Notes under the pieces: generated by a model
Told to the model about the DNA's origin: nothing
What the model saw: only the letters and a program-made list of their open reading frames with translations
Databases searched by the model: none
Shown: one piece after another, positions 8,887 through 16,713 of the stretch
How positions within the stretch are numbered: position 1 is the first letter of the stretch
How the letters are laid out: every line of letters starts with the position of its first letter
NCBI RefSeq assembly: GCF_030655665.1
Contig: NZ_JAUSPQ010000004.1
Coordinates: 98,948 to 130,947, forward strand
DNA length: 32,000 nucleotides
DNA from: Methanocorpusculum sp.
Lineage (GTDB): Archaea > Halobacteriota > Methanomicrobia > Methanomicrobiales > Methanocorpusculaceae
Reading direction: 5' to 3'
Program-made: the position numbers and the translations under genes

Positions 8887-9681
8887 TCACGCGTGATGAG
8901 TTTCGCGATACAGCGCTGAAACAGCGTTCAGTGTTTTGAATCCCTTATCCGTGATCACGTAATCTCCCCGCTCATGACGCTGAAGGATCATGCCTGAGTC
9001 GGTGAGTTTTTTGATATGAAACAGCAGATTCCCGCCGCGTAATCCGGTCATGCTCGAGAGATCGGAAAAGGTCCGTGTTTGTGCCGCAAGTGACTTGAGG
9101 ATCTGAAAACGCAGGATGTTTGCTACCGGTTCGAGCAGATCTTTTACGGCCGTTTCTTCCGGGATATCCGTGATGATGTCGTCAGTGCTGCCGTTTTCTG
9201 CATAAATACCGAGAGACTGCATAAGATCGACCTGCTTTTCAAAAAGACGATAGACCTGCGAAAAACAGGTATCACACCGGTCAAACGGTCCCGCTTCCCG
9301 CATGCCTTTCAACTGTTCCCGGTATGATCGGATGATCTCCTCGGAGACCTGACCGTCTCTGATATGCTTTGATGTGTTCTGCAGAAAATCCAGAAACACG
9401 CCGTAACATTTGTCCCGCATCCCGCAGTCGGCAACCATATTCGCCGAAAGTTCCGACTTCGCTGTGTCCAGCTGATCATTGACGAAAAGCCCGGCATAAT
9501 TCTGCTTAAGATCAGTAAGAGCAGTTTGAACATGCTGCTGATTTGCATGTTCGATAAAGCGTTTCAGATCCATACGGAGACCTGTGACCTCTGACTTTAG
9601 TTCACGGATCTCCGTTAATGATGAACTCAGTGTTGTTCCCATGATGCTTCTTTTCCTATTAACCTCATTAGTAATGCACAC
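8887..9681 (-). CDS. Winged-helix (ArsR/MarR-like) regulator-like protein with conserved-looking Cys pairs
   Basis: 264 aa, true start possibly the internal MGTTLSSS near 9642. C-terminal ILRFQILKSLAAQTRTFSDLSSMTGLRGGNLLFHIKKLTDSGMI is a winged helix. Central CGMRDKC and CDTC. Confidence 0.65.
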   Translation of the reverse strand: MCITNEVNRKRSIMGTTLSSSLTEIRELKSEVTGLRMDLKRFIEHANQQHVQTALTDLKQNYAGLFVNDQLDTAKSELSANMVADCGMRDKCYGVFLDFLQNTSKHIRDGQVSEEIIRSYREQLKGMREAGPFDRCDTCFSQVYRLFEKQVDLMQSLGIYAENGSTDDIITDIPEETAVKDLLEPVANILRFQILKSLAAQTRTFSDLSSMTGLRGGNLLFHIKKLTDSGMILQRHERGDYVITDKGFKTLNAVSALYRETHHA

Positions 9682-9775
9682 TCATTAACCCGCAGGGTCA
9701 TTATTCTGTATCAGCACGCTTTGTATATTTTAATGACGCTCTTGTATATAAATATAACACGACTATAAGTATCTG

Positions 9776-10186
9776 GTGAAAAAGATGCCAACATGGAAAT
9801 ACACAGGCAAAACAGTGACACAGGCAAAGGCAGAAGAATCCCTCAAATCGATCAAGGGAGCATGCTTCGGGTGCGAGACCCACAGTCCGGACTGTCCGAT
9901 CGCAAAGGCCGCAGGAGAGATCGCCGGCATGCCCGGATTTGAAGCCCTTTCCGTAAAGGAGCAGATCCACGCACAGATCAGCGGGGCACTTGCGGGAGCA
10001 AACTTCCCGATCAAAACACCCGGCGATCTTATTGCAGCGTTTCCAAACGGTGCAGACACGACCTGTCAGGCCGGCGATCTGAAGATGACCGCGGGTGAAG
10101 CAGGCACACTTCTTACGGCAGCGGATTTCCCGTTCAAGAGCGCGAAGTCGGTCGCCGATATGATCGTCGAGCGGGCCGGACTTTAA
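9776..10186 (+). CDS. MTH865-like family protein
   Basis: 136 aa; C-terminal EQIHAQISGALAGANFPIKTPGDLIAAFPNGADTTCQAGDLKMTAGEAGTLLTAADFPFKSAKSVAD strongly recalls MTH865. N-terminal part carries a Cys cluster, CFGCETHSPDCP. Confidence 0.75.
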   Translation: MKKMPTWKYTGKTVTQAKAEESLKSIKGACFGCETHSPDCPIAKAAGEIAGMPGFEALSVKEQIHAQISGALAGANFPIKTPGDLIAAFPNGADTTCQAGDLKMTAGEAGTLLTAADFPFKSAKSVADMIVERAGL

Positions 10187-10291
10187 GCACGGAAATTCCT
10201 TCGTTAAAGGATCTCAGCAGGGTGAAAAACCCGAACATTTTTTTTCTTTTTTTCTCAGGTATGATGAGGGCCGATACCGGAAGATTTCCCG

Positions 10292-10758
10292 ATGAACAAA
10301 TCTTTTTTACTCATGCCGGGTATTATTATCTCAATGAACACAGGCAACCTCGAAGAACTTGCCCTCATCACAGACCAAAAGATCCTCGCAGTCTGGGCTC
10401 TGGATTGTGCCGAACGTGTTCTCCCCATCTTCGAAGAAAAATATCCAAACGACCCGCGTCCCCGCGAGGCTTTGGAGGCAGGACGTGCCTGGGTCCAGGG
10501 GGAGATCCGGGTCGGCGAAGCGCAAATAGCCGCATTTTCTGCACATGCAGCTGCACGAACCGCGGCGGGCGATCCACCCGCATCCTTCGCGGCCCGTGCT
10601 GCTGGTCACGCCGCAGCAACTTCGCACACGTCCGGTCACGCGCGATCCATGCCGCAGACTACGCCGTAAAAGCTGTTTCCCCCGATCAGAAAAACGGGGA
10701 GCGTGCCTGGCAGTACAATCATCTGCTTAAACTCACGTCTGATATCCAAAGCCTTTGA
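10292..10758 (+). pseudogene. Imm-5-like putative immunity protein gene, interrupted by a frameshift
   Basis: Frame 1 (10292-10669) gives LAVWALDCAERVLPIFEEKYPNDPRPREALEAGRAWVQGEIRVGEAQIAAFSAHAAARTAAG...ARAAGHAAATSHTSGHA, then junk and a stop. The family-like C-terminus IHAADYAVKAVSPDQKNGERAWQYNHLLKL continues in another frame to 10758. Confidence 0.65.
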
Positions 10759-10835
10759 ACGAAATCCATACGCAAGGTCCCGCAGAAACCATAATATCAC
10801 ACGCAGAACCTCTAATCTGATAAGGAATACCCGGC

Positions 10836-11216
10836 ATGTTTCAAAAAATACGACGTCTCTTCGCTGACCCGCCTCAACCGGCAGAAATCTGCCAGCCACA
10901 AAATACTACCCCTGAGCAGATCATCGAAAGACTGGAGAGAGAAGCGGCAGAAGGGAAGGTCGACGCGATCTACCTGCTCGGCATGGCATATTATTCCGTG
11001 GACGGTGCGGCAAAGGATCCCGGGCAGGCAAAAGCGTGGTTTGAAAAAGCAGCTGCAGAGGGAAATACTGCGGCCATGCGGAACCTTGCCGAGATGTATA
11101 CGGCCGGTAACGGAGTGGAAAAAGATCCCGTGAAAGCAAAAGAATGGGTGCGAAAAGCAGAAGAGATCGAGATAATGCTCAAAGCTCTCGGGTTGGTCTG
11201 GGGTGTCGCGGAATGA
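10836..11216 (+). CDS. Sel1-like repeat (TPR-like) protein
   Basis: 126 aa; AIYLLGMAYYSVDGAAKDPGQAKAWFEKAAAEGNTAAMRNLAEMYTAGNGVEKDPVKAKEWVRKAAE-type SLR repeats. Confidence 0.85.
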   Translation: MFQKIRRLFADPPQPAEICQPQNTTPEQIIERLEREAAEGKVDAIYLLGMAYYSVDGAAKDPGQAKAWFEKAAAEGNTAAMRNLAEMYTAGNGVEKDPVKAKEWVRKAEEIEIMLKALGLVWGVAE

Positions 11217-11267
11217 TGCCGGAAACCGATTCCCGAAAAAGGGTCATACAGTCCAGTTGAAAATCAT

Positions 11268-11289
11268 TATATGCAAATATGTGCATATA
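11268..11289. promoter_or_regulatory. Perfect palindromic candidate ArsR operator upstream of hgcA
   Basis: TATATGCA-AATATG-TGCATATA: 8-bp perfect arms with 6-bp spacer. Identical element upstream of the arsD-like/arsR genes at 13034-13055. Confidence 0.7.
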
Positions 11290-11296
11290 GTAATAT

Positions 11297-11465
11297 ATGT
11301 CATCACTGTGTCTTTACGAAGCAAAAGATCCTGACAAAATGTGATACAAACCCCTACATTTCCCGAAACGATCTTCAAAGCATTCGGCGATGTAAGCAGA
11401 CTTTGGATACTTTCCCTCCTGCAGGATCACGTAGCCTCACGATCCTCTGAAAAATGTGATTAATC
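11297..11465 (+). pseudogene. Decayed copy of arsD-like plus arsR segment in hgcA leader
   Basis: 11297-11344 reads MSSLCLYEAKDPDKM-stop (compare MSSMVIFESKTPDKT at 13063). 11364 onward, GAAACGATCTTCAAAGCATTCGGCGATG...CTCCTGCAGGATCACG...TGAAAAATGTGATTAATC, matches the intact arsR at 13388-13735 with a large internal deletion. Confidence 0.8.
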
Positions 11466-12539
11466 ATGACCGAAGAAAATAATACCTCAATATTTGAAAC
11501 GAAGAAGAAAACGATCACCGGGACGCAGACCTGCGGATGCGCTGACAACTGTTGCGAGACCCCTGCGATCCAGACGACCACGAGCAAGATCATCTTCGCT
11601 GACAGGCTTGACCATCTCCTTGCCCGGTTGGGCTGGAACCGGTTAAACCACAGCGTCGAACCCGGCCTGTACCGGCTCGGAGATCCGGATGCAGAATCCC
11701 CGGTTTTTGCATCGGCAAACTATACCCTGAGCTTTGATGCCCTCCGTTCCTCTCTTGCAGGGATCGATGCATGGATCCTTGTCCTGGATACGAAGGGGAT
11801 CAATGTCTGGTGTGCTGCCGGAAAAGGGACGTTTGGGACAGATGAACTCGTCCACAGAATAGAATCCACAGGCCTTGCCGGTATCGTCTCGCACCGTAAG
11901 ATCATCGTGCCCCAACTTGGAGCACCGGGTGTCTTCTGGCCGGAAGTGGTGCAGAGGACGAAGTTCATTGTCGAGTACGGTCCGGTCCGGGCAAACGACC
12001 TGCCGGAGTACCTGAAAACGCACACGGCGACCCCTGACATGCGGTGTGTCAAGTTTTCCTTGCGGGACCGGCTGGTACTGACGCCTGTTGAATTCATGCA
12101 CTTTGCGCTCCCGACCGTAGCAATATCAGCGGCCCTCTGGTTCCTTGCCGGGCCTTTTGCAGCACTTGCCGCGGTATCAGCGGTCCTTTCCGGGACCGTA
12201 CTCTTTCCACTGCTGCTGCCCGTTATCCCAACACGGGACTTTTCGACCAAAGGGATGATCCTTGGCGTGATCGTATCCCTTCCCTTCGCATATGTTTTCG
12301 GGACAACGCCAGGACTACCGATGTGGGCCGGGGCCCTTTCAGCGGTTGCAGCCCTTCTCCTCATCCCGGCGGTGATCGCGTATCTTGCCCTGAATTTCAC
12401 CGGCTGCTCAACGTTCACCTCACGGATGGGGGTCAAAAAGGAGATCTTCTCGTATGTCAAGGTCATGGCGGGAATGGCGGCAGTCGGCGTGATAAGCGGC
12501 ATTATTCTTGGCGTATCAAAGATCATGGGGGTGATCTGA
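11466..12539 (+). CDS. hgcA: HgcA, corrinoid protein required for mercury methylation, with N-terminal Cys-rich extension
   Basis: 357 aa; VEPGLYRLGDP.AESPVFASANYTLSFDALR..L.GIDAWILVLDTKGINVWCAAGKGTFGTDELV with the NVWCAAGKG cap helix (11802-11828). C-terminal multi-span membrane region. Confidence 0.93.
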   Translation: MTEENNTSIFETKKKTITGTQTCGCADNCCETPAIQTTTSKIIFADRLDHLLARLGWNRLNHSVEPGLYRLGDPDAESPVFASANYTLSFDALRSSLAGIDAWILVLDTKGINVWCAAGKGTFGTDELVHRIESTGLAGIVSHRKIIVPQLGAPGVFWPEVVQRTKFIVEYGPVRANDLPEYLKTHTATPDMRCVKFSLRDRLVLTPVEFMHFALPTVAISAALWFLAGPFAALAAVSAVLSGTVLFPLLLPVIPTRDFSTKGMILGVIVSLPFAYVFGTTPGLPMWAGALSAVAALLLIPAVIAYLALNFTGCSTFTSRMGVKKEIFSYVKVMAGMAAVGVISGIILGVSKIMGVI

Positions 12540-12889
12540 TGTTCAATTCCTATACCGAAACCAGCCTTTCCTTTGATTCGGCGCTTTGTATAAACTGCAA
12601 ACGCTGCACGCAGGTCTGTCCCCATGCGGTCTTTACTGCAGGCCCGACATGTGTATCCCTCGATCGGCCGTCTGCCTGCATGGAATGCGGAGCCTGCGCT
12701 CTCAACTGCCCTGTCCAGGCAATAACCGTTCAGAGCGGGGTCGGCTGTGCGTGGGCGATGATCGGTGCCGCGCTCCGGGGAAAGGATATGGACACAGAAT
12801 CCTGCTGCGGTGAGAACGGTTCGTGCTGCGGGAATTCCGGATCGAAACAAAAAGCCTCGGTCTGCGATTGCGGAAAGAAGGAGCGATAA
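12539..12889 (+). CDS. hgcB: HgcB, 2[4Fe-4S] ferredoxin partner of HgcA, with Cys-rich tail
   Basis: 116 aa from ATG 12539, overlapping the hgcA stop (TGATG). CINCKRCTQVCP and CMECGACALNCP motifs; C-terminal CCGENGSCCGNSG...CDC. ORF track start at 12323 is too early. Confidence 0.92.
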   Translation: MFNSYTETSLSFDSALCINCKRCTQVCPHAVFTAGPTCVSLDRPSACMECGACALNCPVQAITVQSGVGCAWAMIGAALRGKDMDTESCCGENGSCCGNSGSKQKASVCDCGKKER

Positions 12890-13033
12890 CTGGTATTTTG
12901 GAGCAGAGCCCTGCATTTGGGGGTACTCTCTGAAAAACCCGGATGAACACAGGGTCTGAACCCTATTTCAAAAATCTATTTTTTACCGTGAGCACCGTTT
13001 AGGGATCAGTCATACATTCTCTTTCAAAATCAT

Positions 13034-13055
13034 TATATGCAAATATGTGCATATA
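13034..13055. promoter_or_regulatory. Perfect palindromic candidate ArsR operator
   Basis: TATATGCA-AATATG-TGCATATA, identical to 11268-11289, directly before the start codon at 13063. Confidence 0.72.
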
Positions 13056-13062
13056 ATAATAT

Positions 13063-13395
13063 ATGTCGTCGATGGTTATTTTTGAATCAAAAACCCCTGA
13101 CAAAACCACGTATGAGTATCTCCAGACAACTGAACTCATAGACAAACTCAATCCCTCAGGAATTGAGATTTCCCGTGCAATCTGGGATACAAACACCAAC
13201 GTCCGCCATCTTGTAGAGAAACATGGTGAAGAAATTCTTCCGGCAGTGGTGGTAAATGATTTCATCATGATCACCGGAAGATACCCGTCAAAAGAAGAAA
13301 TCAGACAGATTCTTCATGTACCTGACAAACTTATCGCAGAAGAATGCCAGGGATGCGGGTGTTGTTGTATCCAGGGATACGAATGCGATGAGTGA
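13063..13395 (+). CDS. ArsD-like/thioredoxin-fold putative metallochaperone with Cys-rich C-terminus
   Basis: 110 aa; ILPAVVVNDFIMITGRYPSKEEI resembles the ArsD end region; tail CQGCGCCCIQGYEC. Confidence 0.55.
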   Translation: MSSMVIFESKTPDKTTYEYLQTTELIDKLNPSGIEISRAIWDTNTNVRHLVEKHGEEILPAVVVNDFIMITGRYPSKEEIRQILHVPDKLIAEECQGCGCCCIQGYECDE

Positions 13396-13735
13396 TCCAG
13401 AAACGATCTTCAAAGCATTCGGCGATGCGACCCGACTTCGGATCCTTGCCCTCCTGCAGGATCACGAGTTATGCGTTTGCGAGATCGAAGCAGCACTCTC
13501 CCTCTCCCAGCCCAACGCATCACGCAGCCTGACGATCCTGAAAAACGCTGGCATCATCCAGAGCAGAAAACAGGCACAATGGACCTACTACAAAATCAGC
13601 GATGATTTTTCCGCCGTCTACCCTGACCTTTCCAGAGCCCTGGAAAACATCTGTGCCGGATTGCCGTCGACAAATGCAGACAAAGACGCCTTGAAAAAAT
13701 GCAGACAAACACGATCCTGCGAAAAATGTGATTAA
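13388..13735 (+). CDS. arsR: ArsR-family metalloregulator
   Basis: 115 aa from ATG 13388; FKAFGDATRLRILALLQDHELCVCEIEAALSLSQPNASRSLTILKNAGIIQSRKQAQWTYY including ELCVCE metal-binding motif. The 13316 start is not needed. Confidence 0.92.
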   Translation: MSDPETIFKAFGDATRLRILALLQDHELCVCEIEAALSLSQPNASRSLTILKNAGIIQSRKQAQWTYYKISDDFSAVYPDLSRALENICAGLPSTNADKDALKKCRQTRSCEKCD

Positions 13736-13737
13736 TC

Positions 13738-13911
13738 ATGACCGAAGAAAAAAAGACCTCAATATTTGGAAAGATGAAGAAAGCGATCACCGGAGAAAAC
13801 TGCTCCTGCTGCTGTAATATCAAAATTGTGCCGGAAAAACCCGGATGTGATGACGAAGCCGGGTCGAAAGACCAATGCGGAGAAAACTGCAGCTGCCGTA
13901 AATCTGAATGA
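13738..13911 (+). CDS. Small Cys-rich peptide, putative metal-binding
   Basis: 57 aa not in the ORF track: MTEEKKTSIFGKMKKAITGENCSCCCNIKIVPEKPGCDDEAGSKDQCGENCSCRKSE. It overlaps the next start as ATGA, and its start resembles the HgcA N-terminus MTEENNTSIFETKKKTITG. Confidence 0.7.
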   Translation: MTEEKKTSIFGKMKKAITGENCSCCCNIKIVPEKPGCDDEAGSKDQCGENCSCRKSE

Positions 13912-14789
13912 GTTTTGTGGATACGCTCCTCGCGGCCGGTCAGTATTTCCTGATCATAGCCCTGGAGCTTACAGCACTATTCATCGTCGTCTGTCTGATC
14001 GTCGGGGCACTGAACGTCTATGTCCCCAAAGAGAAGATGCAGAAGGTCCTCGGGCACTCCGGCTCGGTCAGGGGAAGCGTTATCGGGGCGGCGTTCGGTG
14101 CAATAACCCCATTCTGCTCCTGCTCGACGATCCCGGTCACCCTGGGATTTCTGAAGTCAGGCGTGGCATTTTCCAGTGCCATGTCCTTCCTTTTCGCGTC
14201 CCCGCTTCTGAACCCGGTCATTCTCGCGATGATGCTCGTCATATTCGGACCCGAGATCACCATCGTGTATGCGGTCCTGATGTTCACTCTAGCCGTATTG
14301 ATCGGGCTGACCCTTGACAAGCTCAGGTTCAAAAAATACGTCAAACCGGTCGCGGTCGAAGGAATGACCGAAGAGACCGGCACAAAACTACAGAGGATCG
14401 TCGGGTTTGCCTGGACCACGTTCCGACAGATGATCCCCTATCTCCTGCTCGGAGCAGCGATCGGCGCATTCATCTACGGATTTCTGCCGGCCGACTGGAT
14501 CCTGGCCGTCGCGGGACCAGAAAACCTGTTCGCGATTCCTGTCGCCGCGCTCATCGGGATCCCGCTCTATATCAGAGCAGAGACAATTCTCCCGATCAGT
14601 GCCGCCCTCTTAAGCAAAGGAATGGGGGCGGGGACCGTGGCCGCCCTTCTGATCGGCGGGGCAGGCATGAGTATCCCCGAGATCACCATGCTTTCGGCGA
14701 TCTTTAAGAAACAGTTCGTTCTGGTGTTTGTCGCAACGATCTTTATTTCGGCCGTGGTGACCGGATTAGTCGTGCAGGTGATCATATGA
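13908..14789 (+). CDS. DUF318/ArsP-like permease
   Basis: 293 aa; multi-span, GSVIGAAFGAITPFCSCSTIPVTLGFLKSGV and SFLFASPLLNPVI motifs. Confidence 0.85.
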   Translation: MSFVDTLLAAGQYFLIIALELTALFIVVCLIVGALNVYVPKEKMQKVLGHSGSVRGSVIGAAFGAITPFCSCSTIPVTLGFLKSGVAFSSAMSFLFASPLLNPVILAMMLVIFGPEITIVYAVLMFTLAVLIGLTLDKLRFKKYVKPVAVEGMTEETGTKLQRIVGFAWTTFRQMIPYLLLGAAIGAFIYGFLPADWILAVAGPENLFAIPVAALIGIPLYIRAETILPISAALLSKGMGAGTVAALLIGGAGMSIPEITMLSAIFKKQFVLVFVATIFISAVVTGLVVQVII

Positions 14790-15163
14790 AACGTATCGCC
14801 TTTCTCTGCGTCAAAAACTCCTGCAGATCACAGATAGCCGAAGCTCTCTGCCAGCATCTCGGCGGCGATATCTTCATCTGTTATTCGGCAGGCAGTGATC
14901 CGGGCGAATCCGTCGACCCGACGGCGATCCGGTTCATGCAGGAACATTACGGGATCGATATGCGTGGAATGAGTCCGAAACCTATCTCCGATCTGCCGAA
15001 GATCGACATCGTTGTCACGATGGGCTGCGGGGTCGCCTGCCCCGTCATTCCCGGAACACGGCGGATCGAATGGCATATCGACGACCCGGTCGGAAAAGGA
15101 GACGAGGCGTATCGTTTGGCGATCACTGAAATAGAAGCAAATATAAAAACATTGATAGAGTGA
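14786..15163 (+). CDS. arsC: Low-molecular-weight phosphatase-type arsenate reductase-like protein
   Basis: 125 aa; FLCVKNSCRSQIAEAL P-loop, YSAGSDP, WHIDDPVGKGDEAYR. Confidence 0.85.
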   Translation: MKRIAFLCVKNSCRSQIAEALCQHLGGDIFICYSAGSDPGESVDPTAIRFMQEHYGIDMRGMSPKPISDLPKIDIVVTMGCGVACPVIPGTRRIEWHIDDPVGKGDEAYRLAITEIEANIKTLIE

Positions 15164-15167
15164 TGTT

Positions 15168-16226
15168 ATGACAGAGAACAGCAGCGCAGGAATCGGGATA
15201 TTCGGCAAATATCTTACCATCTGGGTGATCATCTGCATGATCATCGGGGTTATGATCGGCAAATTCCTACCGTTCATCCCGAAATTTCTCGGAACGTTCG
15301 AGTATGCCGGTGTTTCGATCCCCATCGCGATACTCATCTGGGTAATGATCTACCCGATGATGCTGAAAGTGGATTTTCAGAGCATCAAATATGTCGGAAA
15401 AAATCCAAAAGGACTCGTTCTCACCTGGGTCGTGAACTGGCTGATCAAACCCTTCACGATGTTTGCGATCGCCGGATTCTTCTTCTATATCGTATTCAGT
15501 GCCCTCATCCCTGCCGGCCTTGCGCAGGATTATCTTATCGGCGCCGTGCTTTTAGGTGCAGCTCCGTGTACGGCAATGGTGTTCGTCTGGAGTTATCTGA
15601 CGAAAGGAAACGCCGCCTATACGGTCGTCCAGGTCGCAACGAATGATCTGATCATTCTTGTCGCATTCGTCCCGATCGTCGCATTCCTGCTCGGGATAAG
15701 CGGCATCAGTGTTCCGTGGGCCACCCTGTTCCTTTCGGTCGTCCTGTTTGTCGTGATCCCCCTCCTGGGCGGGGTCATAACACGGATGTATCTCATCAGG
15801 AAAAAAGGAGAGGAGTATTTTACCCGGACATTCCTCCCGAAGTTCGACCATATCACCATCATCGGTCTGCTGCTCACCCTCGTGATCATTTTTTCGTTCC
15901 AGGGAACGGTTATTCTGGAAAATCCACTGCACATTCTTCTGATCGCCGTGCCGCTGATCATTCAGACCGTGCTGATATTTTTTATCACCTACGGAGCAGG
16001 CAGGCTGTTGAACCTTCCTCACAGCATCGCAGCCCCGGCAGGTATGATCGGCGCCTCGAACTTCTTTGAATTGGCCGTCGCGGTATCGATCGCGCTGTTT
16101 GGAACCAACAGTCCGGTCGCTCTCGCGACGATCGTCGGGGTCCTGGTCGAAGTTCCGGTCATGCTGATGCTCGTGAAAATCGCAAACGCCACAAAAGACC
16201 GGTTCCCGAATACGGATCTGGACTGA
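15168..16226 (+). CDS. acr3: ACR3-family arsenite efflux transporter
   Basis: 352 aa; AVLLGAAPCTAMVFVWSYLTKGNAAYTVVQVATNDLIIL and GASNFFELAVAVSIALFGTNSPVALATIVGVLVEVPVML. Confidence 0.93.
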   Translation: MTENSSAGIGIFGKYLTIWVIICMIIGVMIGKFLPFIPKFLGTFEYAGVSIPIAILIWVMIYPMMLKVDFQSIKYVGKNPKGLVLTWVVNWLIKPFTMFAIAGFFFYIVFSALIPAGLAQDYLIGAVLLGAAPCTAMVFVWSYLTKGNAAYTVVQVATNDLIILVAFVPIVAFLLGISGISVPWATLFLSVVLFVVIPLLGGVITRMYLIRKKGEEYFTRTFLPKFDHITIIGLLLTLVIIFSFQGTVILENPLHILLIAVPLIIQTVLIFFITYGAGRLLNLPHSIAAPAGMIGASNFFELAVAVSIALFGTNSPVALATIVGVLVEVPVMLMLVKIANATKDRFPNTDLD

Positions 16227-16227
16227 G

Positions 16228-16620
16228 TTACATTTTTGCAGGTTCTTCAGCGAAGATCCTGCCCTTTTCCGTTATCCTGTAGATGATCCAGTTCCCCTGC
16301 TGTTCAGATACGATCAGACCATTCTCCTTCATGATATTCAGATGATAGGAGAGTTTCGATCCTGAAATCCCGATACACTCCCGAATCACACAGACACACA
16401 GCGGCTGGATCGTGAGGAGACAGAGAATAGTAATACGAACCGTATCGGATAATGCGTGATGCGTCGAGCTTATTTCCTCAATTTGTTCCGGAGAGGGTAA
16501 ACGTTCGCGGAGTCCTTTCACGCCGCCAACTGCGTTTAGATCGCACCGGATTATCTCAGGAATCCCGGACCGTGAAATCGGCTCTATAGTGGATTTTGCT
16601 GATGGGTTTTTGATTGTCAT
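16228..16620 (-). CDS. ArsR-family transcriptional regulator
   Basis: 130 aa; HHALSDTVRITILCLLTIQPLCVCVIRECIGISGSKLSYHLNIMKENGLIVSEQQGNWIIYRITEKG winged helix with Cys residues in helix 3. Confidence 0.88.
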   Translation of the reverse strand: MTIKNPSAKSTIEPISRSGIPEIIRCDLNAVGGVKGLRERLPSPEQIEEISSTHHALSDTVRITILCLLTIQPLCVCVIRECIGISGSKLSYHLNIMKENGLIVSEQQGNWIIYRITEKGRIFAEEPAKM

Positions 16621-16713
16621 ATTATGTCTGAGCTATTTCAAATTATTATGAAATGCATAGATATAAATAATTTCTCAGACAATAATGAGTTCAATAAAAA
16701 TTGAAATCGTTTT
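16621..16713. promoter_or_regulatory. Divergent promoter/operator region with nested inverted repeats
   Basis: ATTATGTCTGAG (16621-16632) pairs with CTCAGACAATAAT (16674-16686); AAATTATT (16640-16647) pairs with AATAATTT (16666-16673). Confidence 0.55.

Noticed and set aside
12323-12538. N-terminal 72-codon extension of hgcB in the ORF track
   Set aside because: Overlaps the 3' end of hgcA in another frame. The ATG at 12539 with TGATG coupling starts right before the ferredoxin region.
11720-12916. 398-aa minus-strand ORF
   Set aside because: Antisense to hgcA and hgcB; low-complexity, basic translation without recognisable motifs.
13738-13911. Selenocysteine or recoded readthrough in the Cys-rich arsenic genes
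   Set aside because: The ORFs have ordinary stops, and the internal in-frame TGA at 11342 lies in a clearly decayed duplicate, not in a functional selenoprotein frame.
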